From assembly GCF_036588685.1 (NCBI RefSeq), contig NC_086377.1, forward strand, positions 13,392,001-13,456,000: DNA of 64,000 nt. The letters run 5' to 3'. The notes below the pieces were generated by a model. It saw only the letters and a list, made by a program, of their open reading frames with translations, searched no databases and was not told the DNA's origin. This stretch comes from Mytilus trossulus. Lineage: Eukaryota. Below are positions 13,124-26,171 of the stretch, piece after piece. Position 1 is the stretch's first letter, and each line of letters opens with the position of its first letter. The translations under genes and the position numbers were made by a program.

Positions 13124-14040
13124 CAAGGAGGTTATATTAGAAGGAGAGAGGACAAAAGACGATAATTACACATAAAATGTTACCGACTTTTCTGTAAGTG
13201 GGTGTTAATTAGTTGAGATCGACCCTGTCACAGAGGGAGATTTGTCCTAATTACATACCCGAGTAAGAAAGGAAACACCCGAGGTGTCATAAACTGACCG
13301 GATATACAGTTATTTAAATGTTAATAAGATTTTTTGTGAAATTTTTTATAAAATAATTAATAATCAAAATTTTATGTTAAAAGTAAACTTATTACCAATA
13401 GAAATGAAACGAATATCCTTCTCATTGTCGTCAATGTTAATATCAACAGTCATAACAGAAAGTCACTTTTACGTTGTTCCCGATAAATTTCTCTATGTTT
13501 CAATTGTTAATATTCCTTCCGGTCGTTACCGGTCACCATAACTAAAGTACTTTGCATATTCGTATATTTTCTATGATTATTACCTGCCAATTCTCATAAG
13601 CAGAAAGTGACAGGTGAAGCGAAAATCTTTGTTTAAAGCAATGTAGTGTTGAATAAAAATCGCTCAATAACTTTCCTTTAAATCCTCATAACTTTGTAAT
13701 TTCTTTCTCTTTTTTCACCGTAGACAGACGATTGATTTTGAAATTGCGCGTCCGATCGTTTTACGTATCATAAACACCTATACACTGTATTGGTACCGAA
13801 AATACACCTGAACTTTAATGACCCAGCCACTGATAAAAATCACGTGACATGTGCGATTTATCTAATGGCCCTAACTACTCGCGGTAACAGCCCGGTACAT
13901 CAGAGGCCCATGTCAAGTGGGTGCTAAACATGTCGGTTTCTTTATAATTTTACCATTTTTCTCTGATCGAACTGCTATCCTGGGGATGCTGATTTTGTAT
14001 CAAGCAGAGTGTTCACTCTCCTTCTAATATAACCTCCTTG
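13124..14040. mobile_element. Non-autonomous P-element-like transposon in intron 3 of gene A
   Basis: Perfect TIR CAAGGAGGTTATATTAGAAGG; 7-bp TSD ATATAAT (13117-13123, 14041-14047). CANRG termini with a 7-8 bp TSD fit the P superfamily. Confidence 0.75.
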
Positions 14041-14470
14041 ATATAATATATGAAAATATATAATATATAAAAAAAATATCCTGAAAATCCTCGTTTCTAT
14101 TTTTTTTTATCACTCGGCTATCAACAATGAGGTTATGAATTCGAAGCACGCACGCGTTAGATGCATTCGACTCCTGATTGATCAATTAATTACCTTGTTA
14201 ATCTTTCGAAATTATGGAAAAAAGATAATGTATGATTGTCAATTGTATAAAAATCTGCTTAATAATATGTCTTTACAGTTTATTGCCCGCCAAATTGTAC
14301 ATGGCTTTTATCTCAAAATCAAGGACACGGAAAAGCATTGAAGTTTTAACGTTATTATATGTTTACAATGTATCCTTTAAGTTGATGACTGTCTTTTAAA
14401 TAGCTTGTTAATTTGGATTTAGATGCAAATATCCTTACAAAAGCATAATATGATGTGTTATCCTTTTTAG

Positions 14471-14556
14471 CTGCTATTTGTCCTCAAGGTTGGATCTTAT
14501 TTGAAGAGTTATGCTATAAGCTTTCTGCTGATGATAAAGTCTGGGATGATGCAAAG
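14471..14556 (+). CDS. Gene A exon 4 (C-type lectin domain N-terminus)
   Basis: tttttag| ... |gtata. TAICPQGWILFEELCYKLSADDKVWDDAK fits the long-form CTLD pattern CPxGW...CY...W..A. Confidence 0.9.
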
Positions 14557-16339
14557 GTATAAAATATAGTAGCTCATTTGATGAGAGGTGTAGCTGGCTA
14601 TCAATCAGGTTTGGTCCACAGTTTTTTCTAAAAATCCTTGTACCAATTCAGGGAATTGACTGTTGTTATACATTCGTTTGATGGTTTGCGCTTTTTGCCA
14701 TTGGATTAGGTCTTTCCGTTTTGATTTTTTATCGGAGTTCAGTATTTTTGTGACTTCACTTTTTGTTATATACATACATAAAATATTTGCAATAAGTAGT
14801 ATTGTATAATTAATAAAGTATGCCAAACATTTGCTCTTAAAGTATAAAATAGTGACTTATATCATGTATATAGAATTTAAATAAATGGCATGTTGTATAG
14901 GTTTGTGAAATTCAGAATTCAATTAGAAACATAAAGATACTAAAAACATCAAGGTAAAATTGGAAACCAAAAGCCAACGAATGTTATTTTCTTGACAATG
15001 CCACAATTTTTATAATAACAATTATGATCTTAGTTATGAAACAACATATAGTTTTCACATTTTAGTGCATCTTACATACTTTGCATCATAAATCAAACAA
15101 TATAACCATTTCTTCCTAATATGAGACAAACCATACTAGATTCTTTCAACTCGATGGCTTTATACTATTTATTTAAAAATTTCATTTCACAGTCATTTAC
15201 ATAAATTAAAAAAAAAATAACAGAGGCAAGACGTTCCATTTTTTTTTTATCCAACATCGTTAGTACAACAAAAAAATACAACTTATATTAGATACAGCAA
15301 AACCATACAAAACTATGAACTGGATCGTGGTAAACTTAAGAATATCTCCCCTGTTTACTGTTAAAAATATATCGATGTAATAACTTATATTATTATATCT
15401 TACATATATTTTAAAAAATCCTATTGGGTGACATGAAATAATTCAGTTAATTTTCATTCAATTGCAAGGAATGACGACTAACCCTAGACATTTACATTAG
15501 CGGTGAATAACCTTTGAGTTTGTTGATTTGTACTTGAGTTACCTCCCATGAAAATGATGTCACAGACGTAAATAAACTAAATGGCAGCGTACACGTTACA
15601 CTGGAAGCCCATCGAGAGACGAGGAAATAAGTCATTGGACATAAATACAGTTGAGAGTGCCAACAGCCGATGATATCTCTTATACACGGTCCTTTTCAGG
15701 GCCATTAATATTTTACAAAAAGATTCAACTTTTGTTGTAAATTCGAGAAATTCGATCAAAAATGTATTTTCAAACGTCATTCTGTGTGTTACGTGTGTTA
15801 TGTTAAAAATATAGACACACTATAGTAAGTGTTCGAAATACCCTTCCACTGTTAGTTCAGTATAATAAAGCAATTGTGGCCCCTTTGAATCGATGAATAT
15901 CCAAAATTGTCAACCCTTAAAAGTTAGTTCACTTCGGGCTGCGCCCTCAATGAAATAACCTTCTCGTGATGACAATTTTGGATTTTCACCCTTTCAACGG
16001 GCCATAATTGTATATTATCAGTAGAAATTTATCGTATCAATTACTATCCAACTGGTCTGCAGTATTTATGATATAATTAAATTCAAAGTAAGGGACGATA
16101 CCACAACTAAAAGTTTAACCTTTGTAACAAAACAGAAATATGATTTTTTTTCAAGCAAACTGATGTCCGTAGTCATATTATCATTTTCCTTTGTAAAAAA
16201 TAATATAAAATTAAATAACGACAATTATCACACCAAAAACACAAAAGAATGAGAATAAGAACGCTAAACTAAAACACAACATACGGTGAGATACTTACTA
16301 TTCGAACCAAAACAACACATATTCTAATGACTAAATGAT

Positions 16340-16850
16340 TTGTTCGACAAACCCGATAATTTTAATCTTTCTTTAGTCAACTTTCCATTTCTGTGAAGCA
16401 ACATCCCAGTGGCACCAGCATATGGAGTATATGTGTAGTTGATACGTTACTCTAGAGCTAGCTCAAAGTATGCTGATTTAGTTGGACGAGAAAATACTGC
16501 TTTCTCAAAAGTTGCTAAGACAGGGCTATGAATCAATCAAATTAAAGTCATCACTCAAGAAATTATACGGTCCCCATCATGAGCTGATTGGCCAAAAGTG
16601 TGTCAGAAATTAGATCTGATATTCTTTCTCAGTCATAATAACCTTCCGTCATTACCGGACTGAATAAAGAAATAGCACGACGGGTGCCGTATACCGTGCA
16701 GGAAATGCTTACCCTTTTGGAGCACCTGATTTCACTCCCGTTTTTAGTGGAGTTCGTGTTGTTTCTTAATTATAATTTTAACTGTTGATGTAAATGTCCT
16801 TCGGTTTTTGTGAATCTTTGTTTACTCCTTGGTTTTGATTGTTATTGTCT
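16340..16850 (+). mobile_element. Degenerate Penelope-like retroelement fragment (RT C-terminus plus 3' UTR)
   Basis: LFDK.DNFN...VNFPFL*SNIPVAPAYGVYV..LIRYSRASS...LLSQKLLRQGY...LKSSLKKLYG, with stops and frameshifts. Confidence 0.75.
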
Positions 16851-17360
16851 CGCTTTTTAATTGTCACATGAAATTTCTTCAATCCACTATCTTAATTTTG
16901 AAAATCCTTGGATAATTTGTAACCAAACCCAACGTATAGTAATAAATTAATGATATATAATGTTTGTTAGAAAAATAATTTTAAAAAAATAAACAAAACA
17001 AATGATTATTAACTGGAAAATTAATTCGTTGTCATGAGTATTCATAGGCAGATGCATTGATCTATTATCTTGAAAGGTACCGATGCATAGTGCATTAACC
17101 CAAGAAAATAAAGCAAGTGTTGATAATAATTATGGTTATTTTAATATCTAACGCGATATAAGTGTTGAAAAGAAATATATAATAGTAGATAACTCTAAAA
17201 AGATGTAGAATTCTTCCACAAAACAGCGCGACACTTATGTCCACTAGTAACAAAATGACGTATACCTACTGTCACTATGCGACAGTCAACAATGCGCAAA
17301 ATATTTATCTATATATATTAGTATCAATTTGAGCTCATTCCTGAAGTTGTTTTTTACTAG

Positions 17361-17472
17361 ACTGAATGTGGAAATGAAAATGCTATCCTGGCTGAACCAG
17401 ATACTATAACAGAGCAAGGCTTTCTGAAACTTTTGAATCTGATACTTGTACCTGAAACAAACTGTCGACGTA
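17361..17472 (+). CDS. Gene A exon 5 (CTLD middle)
   Basis: tactag| ... A|gtaagt. TECGNENAILAEPDTITEQGFLKLLNLILVPETNCRR fits C.....LA.....EQ.FL, and phases match both neighbours. Confidence 0.85.
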
Positions 17473-18612
17473 GTAAGTGAACAGTTACCTTCCTGGCACT
17501 AAACGTTTAATGCATATTTTGTTGTTCATGCAGTTGTTGATAATACAAAACTGACCATCACCTACTGAATGCAGCAATATTCCTACTTATATATTGTGGT
17601 TTTATTATTTTTCGTTGGATACTAATTTTCGTGGATGTCGTCAGTACATGTGATCCACGAAATTTAATATAAAACGAATAAACAATATTATATTGGCTTG
17701 TATGCAGATTTCGGTAAAACCACAAAATTAATTATTCACGAACATGCAAGTTTCCTTATTCCAAGAAAATTGGTACCTACGAAAATACCACTGTATTTCA
17801 CCATTTGCACCACACAAAAATGTAAAGGAGAGTTTGAATGGGATATAAAAAAAATAAAATAAAAGTGTGCCTACAACAAAACACGACAAACAAAGAATGA
17901 ATACAGAAAAATGGCCGAAACGTATGATAAACAGCCAAGAGAATACTGAATTTAACTAAAACTCCAGACCCTTTGTTCAAGATATTTTTGTGATGAATTC
18001 CCTGTTTCTTTCAAGTTTGAACTAGATGTTTATAAAAATACAAAGATGTGGTATGATTAGTCGTATAAGCCTTCTATTAACTACAGCTCAAATTAGTAGA
18101 TATATGCAAGTATAGGCCTTCTTTCAACCATCAACATTGATAAAAACTCGTACCGTTTAGTTAGTTATAAAAGATCCCGACAAAATGAACCGGAAAGTTA
18201 TTAGTGACAGTCACGAACCAACACCAACCACTCAACAAAAGACATCTGATTTTAAACAAGCACATAATAAATGTGAAAGGATTTGGTGTATTTGTGAGCG
18301 ATCACCCCTCTCCTATCCATGGACAGTGTCGTAACTGAATAAAATAGGAAAAACGTACATGACTGGTACAACATACAAAAACAAACAAAAAATACCGATA
18401 TAGAAGTACTCACGGTCACTAAAGCAAGAACTGGGCAAATCACATCTAAAACAGTGGTTTTATCCGGGGATTTTTTTATATGAATCTTATTGTATTGACT
18501 TACCAAAGACAATAAATAATCAAAATAAAACATTTCACTTAACTGCAAGTATGTGACATATTGGGCAATTTATAGCCAACTCAATAAGTTTTAACTTACC
18601 TTTTCTTGTCAG

Positions 18613-18832
18613 ACTATTGGATTGGTGGAAGAGATTCCAATGATCCGCCATTATTAGACTTCAGATGGACCTCAAGAGGTGTAAATGTAAACGATGGAGT
18701 TACAGATTGGTTTATGGGGGAACCGAACGGTGGACCTTACCCTGAATACTGCACGGAAATGCGATCAGATTTCGATTACAAATGGAACGACCATCCATGT
18801 AGAGAAACAAACAGATATATCTGTCAAAAAGA
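18613..18832 (+). CDS. Gene A exon 6 (CTLD carbohydrate-binding part, EPN and WND motifs)
   Basis: NYWIGG...W...GEPNGGPYPEYC...WNDHPC...YICQK; tgtcag| acceptor and GA|gtatgt donor. Confidence 0.95.
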
Positions 18833-19396
18833 GTATGTTATCCTTACTGTTATCTCTCTAATAGGTCGTGCATATTGAAACCATTATCATACAGTTAACA
18901 TGCCGTATGGTGACCTATACTTGTTAATTTCTGTGTCATTTTGATCTCTTGTGGACAGTTGTCTCATTGGAAAACATACCACATCTTCTTTTTTATATAT
19001 GCTTGTATGATATGGGATTTACTCATTGGTGAAGGCCTTATGCTGACCTAGGCTTGTTGATGATCAATGATTTTCTGCTGTTTGTTTGTTCTTTGGCCCG
19101 GTTGTTTCTCTTTGACACCTTCTAAATTTCAATTATCATTACTTTTTTCATCTCAATAAGAACATAAACATGAACCAAAAAAATATAAATAGCATTTGCA
19201 TCTGTCTGTATTTTTGTGTGCTGTGTTGAGCATTTATCACAAAAGTTTAAGATAGAAGGCACGTGTGTGTGTGAAAACAAAATTTTTCATAAGAGTTTGC
19301 ACCACATTATAATTATTCTTTGATTTCCTGTGTAAAGCTTGTACCACTGCATCAAGTGTGATATGATATTTCTCTTCTCGATAAAGATTTCAAATT

Positions 19397-19590
19397 GATT
19401 ATTGATTGATTGTTGGTTGCTTTACGCCGCATTAGCACAAAAAGGCTATATCGCGGGGAGAGCTAATTCGACTATTTTTACAATTTAAAGCATATTTTTA
19501 AAATAAGACAAAAGGTCCTTCAATATACTAAAATTCTTGACTAAAGCAAATTGAGTACATACAAATAAAAATCAACAGTAAAATAATTGA
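19397..19590 (-). mobile_element. 5'-truncated I-group LINE 3' UTR copy in the last intron of gene A
   Basis: Near identical to 34281-34470. Confidence 0.85.
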
Positions 19591-20079
19591 TTAAGCAAGG
19601 CTTATAAAGCATTTTAAATAGTTACTAGTAACTGTCCAGAATGAATAAAAAGTATGTTTTTGCACAGGATTCATCGACGAAAACTTTTACTAGAATTTTA
19701 GACAATAGGAATACAAATGATTTCAACGGTTTGCAGAATGATATGTCCTGTTTATGTCATGTCACCAATCATTACCACCTATATCGTCAAGTAACAATAG
19801 ACAATTTAGAGAAAAACACGAACATTCAACGTTTATTAGTTAATTTTGACCAATGAAATCCGAGACGAAACGAACCGAACTTTGATTAGGAAAAGCGTTT
19901 CAATGAGTTGAAATAGTAAAATATTTTAAAGAAAGCAATTTTTAATCTATGTATTGTTATCTTAATTTCTAAAAGAAAAATTTGATTTTTCCTCAAGTGT
20001 CGTTCGTTTTGGAGATACAATAGTTAAGTAGTGTATATCACTACTCTTCTTTGCCTAATATTTGTTTATATATTTTCAG

Positions 20080-20095
20080 TGCGACATTTATTTAA
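20080..20095 (+). CDS. Gene A exon 7 (terminal, DATFI*); spliced CDS 1062 nt = 353 aa secreted C-type lectin
   Basis: ttttcag|T GCG ACA TTT ATT TAA completes the phase-2 codon. AATAAA lies at 20151 and a paralogous exon at 1151. Confidence 0.8.
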
Positions 20096-21034
20096 GACTT
20101 AGGTCAAAGGAAACAGGAAGAGTTCGAAACAAAATCAGCATGGACACTTAAATAAATATGTGATGAGGAACTTCATGTTTTTTTTGTTTATGACAAACTT
20201 CATGAGTTAAGACTTTCTCAATTGATTTTTAAAGTTCGTTCTTATGTTGTATTGTTCTATCACTGTCCCAGGTTAGGGGAGGGTTGGGATTCCGCTTACA
20301 TGTTAAACCCCACCACATTCTTATGTATGTGCCTGTTCCAAGTCAGGTGGTGTAATGGTTATGTAATAAACAGGGAATCAGGGTTTGAATCCCTGCTAAG
20401 GTTTACGTTTGTATAAAGTTATCCAAGGTTTTGGGTTTTTTTTTGTATTTTATTGCCTTTATTCATTGCTGGGCCGTAGCTACTTTTAATTCAGAAATTT
20501 AGATGAAATTGCATTATTTAAACTCTGGTCATCACGTACTATTGGTTTTTTGCATGAATGAAGCTGCACTTTTCTTAATATCTTGGTTGAAAATGTTAAA
20601 ATCTCAATTACCGGTATGTTAGCAATCATTTCCTTTTATATAGCATTTAAAAAGTTGTAACAGATTTAAAATATCTTATAGCAAGTCTTTATTCTGGTAA
20701 TCACAATTTCTGAAAGAATTTATAATTATTCATTATCCATTTATCAATGATTTTAAGTCACCCTTTTTAATTTAAAAACATGCATCATAATCTAAACATA
20801 TGAATTAAACGTACCATGAAACAGTTTTATTTCTCATTTTGTGTTCTGTTTTGTTGATTTGGACTGATATAAATTATCCTGAAGGGACTGGAATTCATTT
20901 TCTGTTATTGTTTTAAATCTTAAAGGACAGGATGACAAAACAGATTACTGAGTATGAAGATTAGTTCATAGACCTGGCTGGATTGTTTCTTATGCAAATT
21001 CAGGATCAGATGGTAGGATGACCTGCTTAGGATG

Positions 21035-21449
21035 TTTGATTGGTTTTTGGTTGCTTAACGTCCAGTGGCAAATATTTCATGCATTTTCAGGACGAGAACA
21101 AGTTCACAATAAATAAAAAAGGTAGGTCTTGTCATAATAGAGGCCATTGGGAATGATGGTCTTGGAAATTTGGACTGCCATCGGAAAATGAGGGTATATT
21201 GGATAGAGGCAGATATTTTGCCTTGCAACAGGCCACCTACGGGCCCCAACAGTTGTTGCAATGGATCTTAAAGTGCAAAGAGCGTGGCACTCTTTACAAG
21301 AGATTTAACGTCCCCGTTCTGACCGGACGTGTCTGCGAACTAAATACATCCCGCACAGCCAAACGGACGCCCCACATCGGCAAGAGTTTTACTGCCGGTC
21401 GGGAGAAGACCAAGTGACCATATTTCTATTCCCCAGTTACCCTTGGGGG
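21035..21449 (-). mobile_element. SINE, same family as 56010-56440
   Basis: Colinear similarity; degenerate TSD ACCTGCTTAGGATG / ACCTTCTCAGGAAG. Confidence 0.85.
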
Positions 21450-23519
21450 AACCTTCTCAGGAAGAAGCTTTATTTTTGTGTCTATAATTTCAACAGGTTG
21501 TAGCTAAAAAAAAAAAGGCCATTGTGTGCTGGCATATATTCTTCATCGACTATTGACCAAATAGAATGTAAGACTGATACGAAATGTATATCAGATGTAG
21601 TTATTGTCAAAAGAACAAAAAAGGACCAATCATATGCAATTTTATCAATATTGTACATACTAAATATAGAATTGCGTAGTTGAAATACATACTGTTTGTA
21701 TTGTTTGTAGTCGAAGGATCATATGTTTCATATTTAAGTATCATGTACAATAAAGGTAGGACGCATACCTATATATATATAGAAATTTCAATTGTTTCTC
21801 CGAAAACCGTCTTTGTACAATCCTCAAACTTGTGTCTTTCTACAATTGCCTGACGAATGATATTTTTATATACAAATAAATCAACTTGAGGCAAAGGATG
21901 TAACTCATGACATCTTTATGTACTTTAGTATATCAATATTGCAGGTTTTCCATGTAAATTGTAAACGTGAACAAGGAAAATAGATCACATTCAAGACATG
22001 TAATTTGTTAATATTAAGTAACAAGAACAACTTAATAATCTTTTGATCCTTCAAATGATTCCACGGACAATGTCGTTTACGGAATTGAATTTTGGGCTAT
22101 GTTATGTTGGTGAAACCCGACGGACTTTTTTGCGTAAAAGAATCATCCGCATTTCAGGGTTCTTGATAACTGTTTCAATCAACCGGACCATGATTCTTTT
22201 TCTCTATAAAAGTACGCATCATCGTGCAAATTGATCATCACACCAAAAGCCGTTTACTAAGTACTTCTTTTTGAAAGGATAAAGGACATTTATGGATAAG
22301 ACAACAAGGCACTGCAATGCCATATGATTTCAATGACATCATCCAAAGAGTAGGAGATTTGTTATGTCCACCCTGCAGTTTTCTAAATGTAATGAACTGA
22401 TTAAGTACTGCATCAAGACCCCAGCGTAGTCAAGGGCAAACACAATAACATCGGCTCAATGTAAAAATGTCTTCTAAATCTAGATCAAGGATACCAAGAT
22501 AACAAGACCTTGTCAATATCAACTTCACAAATAATAAATGATGTTTATCATCTTAATTACGTGTTATAATTTTCTTTTCAGTGATCTTTATATATTTTAA
22601 TTCTAACTGTTCAGTCCATGTTTAGTAATATACATTGGCGTGACTCTGTTATTAAACTTCCCGCTATTGTGTTATTGTGCTATTGTCTATTGTATTCTCG
22701 TCTTTCAAATTTGCCTATATTTACCTTGTATATGTTCTGGAACATATGAGTCATACGCGTATGGTCGGACCATTTGAGTATGGTTATTAATGGGCCAGAC
22801 CATATGAGTATTTTGACCATAAAGGTATTTTTTTCAAATATGCATTACAAACGTTTCAAAAATACTTTAATCTTTATCTAAAATGATGGTAACATGACAA
22901 TGTATTATTTCAAAAGCTACGTTAAAATTGAATATTGATATTTTCATCGCTAATTACATTCTTGCATATAGGTTTATGGTGACATTTACTTACACACGGT
23001 AACTTCTTCTTTATGTAAATCCCTCCAGCGTTGGAGCACACACATTTAGCTGTGTTCCCTTAACGGATTAGTTTTTAAAAATGTTAACATATTCACAAGT
23101 TATTCCAAATTGTAATGAAATCCTCCAGCAGAATGTTGCACATGCACACAATTTATTTACAGAAATGTACATATTATATACACGGATTACCCATTCATTA
23201 TCCAGGATGTAGATACGGCGATAAAAGCAATGTTCAGTTAAATAAGATCAATTGACTATTTTGGCTGTTGAATTCTCTAGATAGAGGTAATGAATTAAAA
23301 GGTCTTCATTCATATGGGAGCCAAGTAGAGCAAGCCAAAATACTATGCATTTAGAAGATGCTACAGATGGATATTTGCTATCTAATGTTGATATCTCTGT
23401 TATGATATATTTTTTGCGTTATAAGAGTTAGTTCTACATTGTACTCAAATTTTAAAGTCTTGCACTACACACGTTCAGGCTTGTGTATATGGTGTATATT
23501 ATAGTTAAGCAAGCAGATA

Positions 23520-25480
23520 TTAACGTTCTAAATTGTTATGCATAAACATCACACTAAGGTATTTTAACGGCAACTATTTTACAATTTATGATATATATAT
23601 ATCAGATGGTGGTAAATATTGTCAATAGTGTCTTTTATATATGGGGAGCTGTGATACCTAGGGAAGTGTTATATCTCGGCTGATAGTCTCTTTTTGTGAA
23701 TTTCATAGCAGTATATTCTGGACATAGTTTCAATCTTTCCAAGTATTTCTGGGTTGTTCGGTATAATGTTCAGATTTGCGAAGCCTTGACAGTCTACTAT
23801 TAGTGTACATATTGCCTCACGGTTACTGAAGTGAGTTGCCCATATTGATTCAGATATAACTCTCATTATAAATTTCTTAATTGAAGTGTATAATGCTATC
23901 CTGATGTTCATATACAATGGACAAGTTGTTAACACATGACATATGTCTTCGTTTTCAGTTCTACAGTTTGGACAAATCGGGTCTACTTCGGCCTGATTTA
24001 ATCTGTGTCTATGAGCTTGTAATAGATAGGTTCCCGTTAATATGCGGCTTTTTGTAATTGCTTTTCTAATATCTGAAACTGATGAAGAAACTGTAGCCCA
24101 AACAGGATGTGTGACACCTATTGTTAAGTTCGAAATTGCTAAATGTTGTAGAGTTGATTTTTCTTCACATTCTAGACGTAGTGTGTTTGTCCAATGACCG
24201 TTTATTGCTGATTTTGTCCGTTTTTTTCATTCTTTTTTTGAATACTTCTTTTTGCATAATTCCAGAAAGAAAGGTAGATTGTACATCTCTAAAATTTCTG
24301 CTGTTTTGGTGAAGAAGCTTGTTGATCTTCCGGAAATATATTGACGCATAGCTAGTGATCTAATAGTTTCATTGTCGCTATTGAGAACACCAAATAAGAG
24401 GCTAAGTTGTCTTTTGTGAATTTCAGCAATAAGCGGTAGAGCTCCCAGAAGTAGGTATACTGATGCACATGCTGTCCTTTCGGAAGAGACTGAAGTTTTC
24501 TCAAGGTATCGAGGTGGAAGCTTGACAGAAGCGACATTTCTTTAGAATTCACATGTAGAGTTTAAGCCCGTACAGTAGCCTTTGTAGGACATACGCTTGA
24601 TAGATCCTATATGAGGATTTAGGATTTAAACCGTTTGAGCCATGTAGACCAGTCTTTATGAGCGAGTACAATGTTCTTCTGGATAAACTTATGCGATCAT
24701 CTACATTTATTCGGGTTTCATCTTTTGTTGATCTTGTAAGCCCTAGGTGGGTTGTACGATCCGTACAATTTAGATCATTGTTCCCCATTTTAAAAGCATC
24801 GCTATCTTCAGGATCTTTACGTTTATTTCCAGTCTTTATTATAACATTACTCTTTTGAGGATGGATGTTAAATCGATGGTCTTTTGAGTAGTTATTGACA
24901 ATGTTCAGCATTTCTTGTATTTCTTCTCTATTGAGGGATAAAAGTACGATGTCATCTGCACATGTAGGACATCCAACATAATTGTTGCCTATATGAGAAC
25001 CTAGATTTTGTTTTTGCAAATCAAGAAGCAGTTCGTTTATGTAGGCCTTATATAGGTGAGTAGATAGGACACCTCCTTGACGCACGCCCTGATGTATTCC
25101 AGAGCTTGTACTTGTTTCTCCTTTCAATTTTACTGTTGATGTTACGCCGCTATATAGCTCCTCGATAATGTTCCACAAATTCAGATTTAGTCCGTAGTGA
25201 TATAGCCTGTCCATCAGTATTACGTGACTTACAACATCGAATGCCTTTTGACTGTCGAGTGTTGTGACGAAAATGGTTTATTTTCCTGTGATCTCTGAGC
25301 ATGCCTCCGAAAGTATAAGTGCTGCCATGTTTGGAGACAGTCTTTGTGTAAAACCAAACTGTAAAGGAGATTGTCCTGATTTCATTAAGTTAGCTTTATC
25401 CAAAATGATATATTCAAATACTTTTCCGATAATTGATTCAAAGGTAACATAACTGATTTTGCATTTACACCTTTTGTTTG
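23520..25480 (-). pseudogene. Degenerate non-LTR retrotransposon ORF2 (RTEX-like RT)
   Basis: QGVRQGGVLS and CPTCADDIVLL RT motifs, a C-terminal CPNC...H.LTTCPLY zinc motif, and multiple frameshifts. Confidence 0.85.
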
Positions 25481-25869
25481 CAAGTGAAAATATAGCCTTA
25501 TTTTCCACTCATAGATCGAAAAAAACAAACTGAAAACGTTATGACTAAAAACGAAAAAGACAATCAGACAAATAATAGTACATAAAAAAAGACTAAGCAA
25601 CTTGAACCCCACCAGAAACTAGGGATATTCGCAGGTGCGCATGCTCCGGAAGGGTAAACAGACGTGACTGCGAACTTGGCACATCCCGCACAGCCAAACG
25701 GACGAACTTCTTCGCTAAACGTTTTACTACCGGTCGGGAGAAGACCAAGTGACCCTTTGGTTATCTAACTGCAACTTTCCTTACAGCCGACTGCATTGAG
25801 TGTGTAGGTAAAGGTCACATCTTTGATTAACTTGCTTGCTCGTGAAGACATTATTATGTAAGGTATACT

Positions 25870-26150
25870 ACCCTCCTCAGGAACAGCTATACATGAAGGT
25901 CAACTGACAGAGGCCTTTGATATAACAACTGGGGTTGGACAAGGTTGTCTCCTTTTGGCAGTTGACTAGATTACGAGGCAAGCTACTGATGACAGAAGAA
26001 ACGGTATCCAATAGACCATATGCATGTTTACCCACATGGATGACCCATACTTTGCCGATGACATTGCCTTGCTGTCTCACAACCACCAACTAATGCAGGA
26101 CAACCTAGCACAGGTTGAAAAGAGAGCAGCAAAAACAAGACTTTTCATCA
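25870..26150 (+). mobile_element. RTE-like RT fragment
   Basis: FADDIALLSHNHQLMQDNLAQVEKRAAK read from about 26050. Confidence 0.65.
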
Positions 26151-26171
26151 CTTACAATAACACCACACCAT

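Noticed and set aside
20345-20400. Possible tRNA gene (GGTGTAATGGTT...GGTTTGAATCCC)
   Set aside because: No intact cloverleaf; at most a decayed SINE head.
22204-22360. Candidate TATA and first exon for gene B
   Set aside because: TATAAAAGTAC resembles the 3003 site, but no convincing ATG plus phase-0 donor follows.
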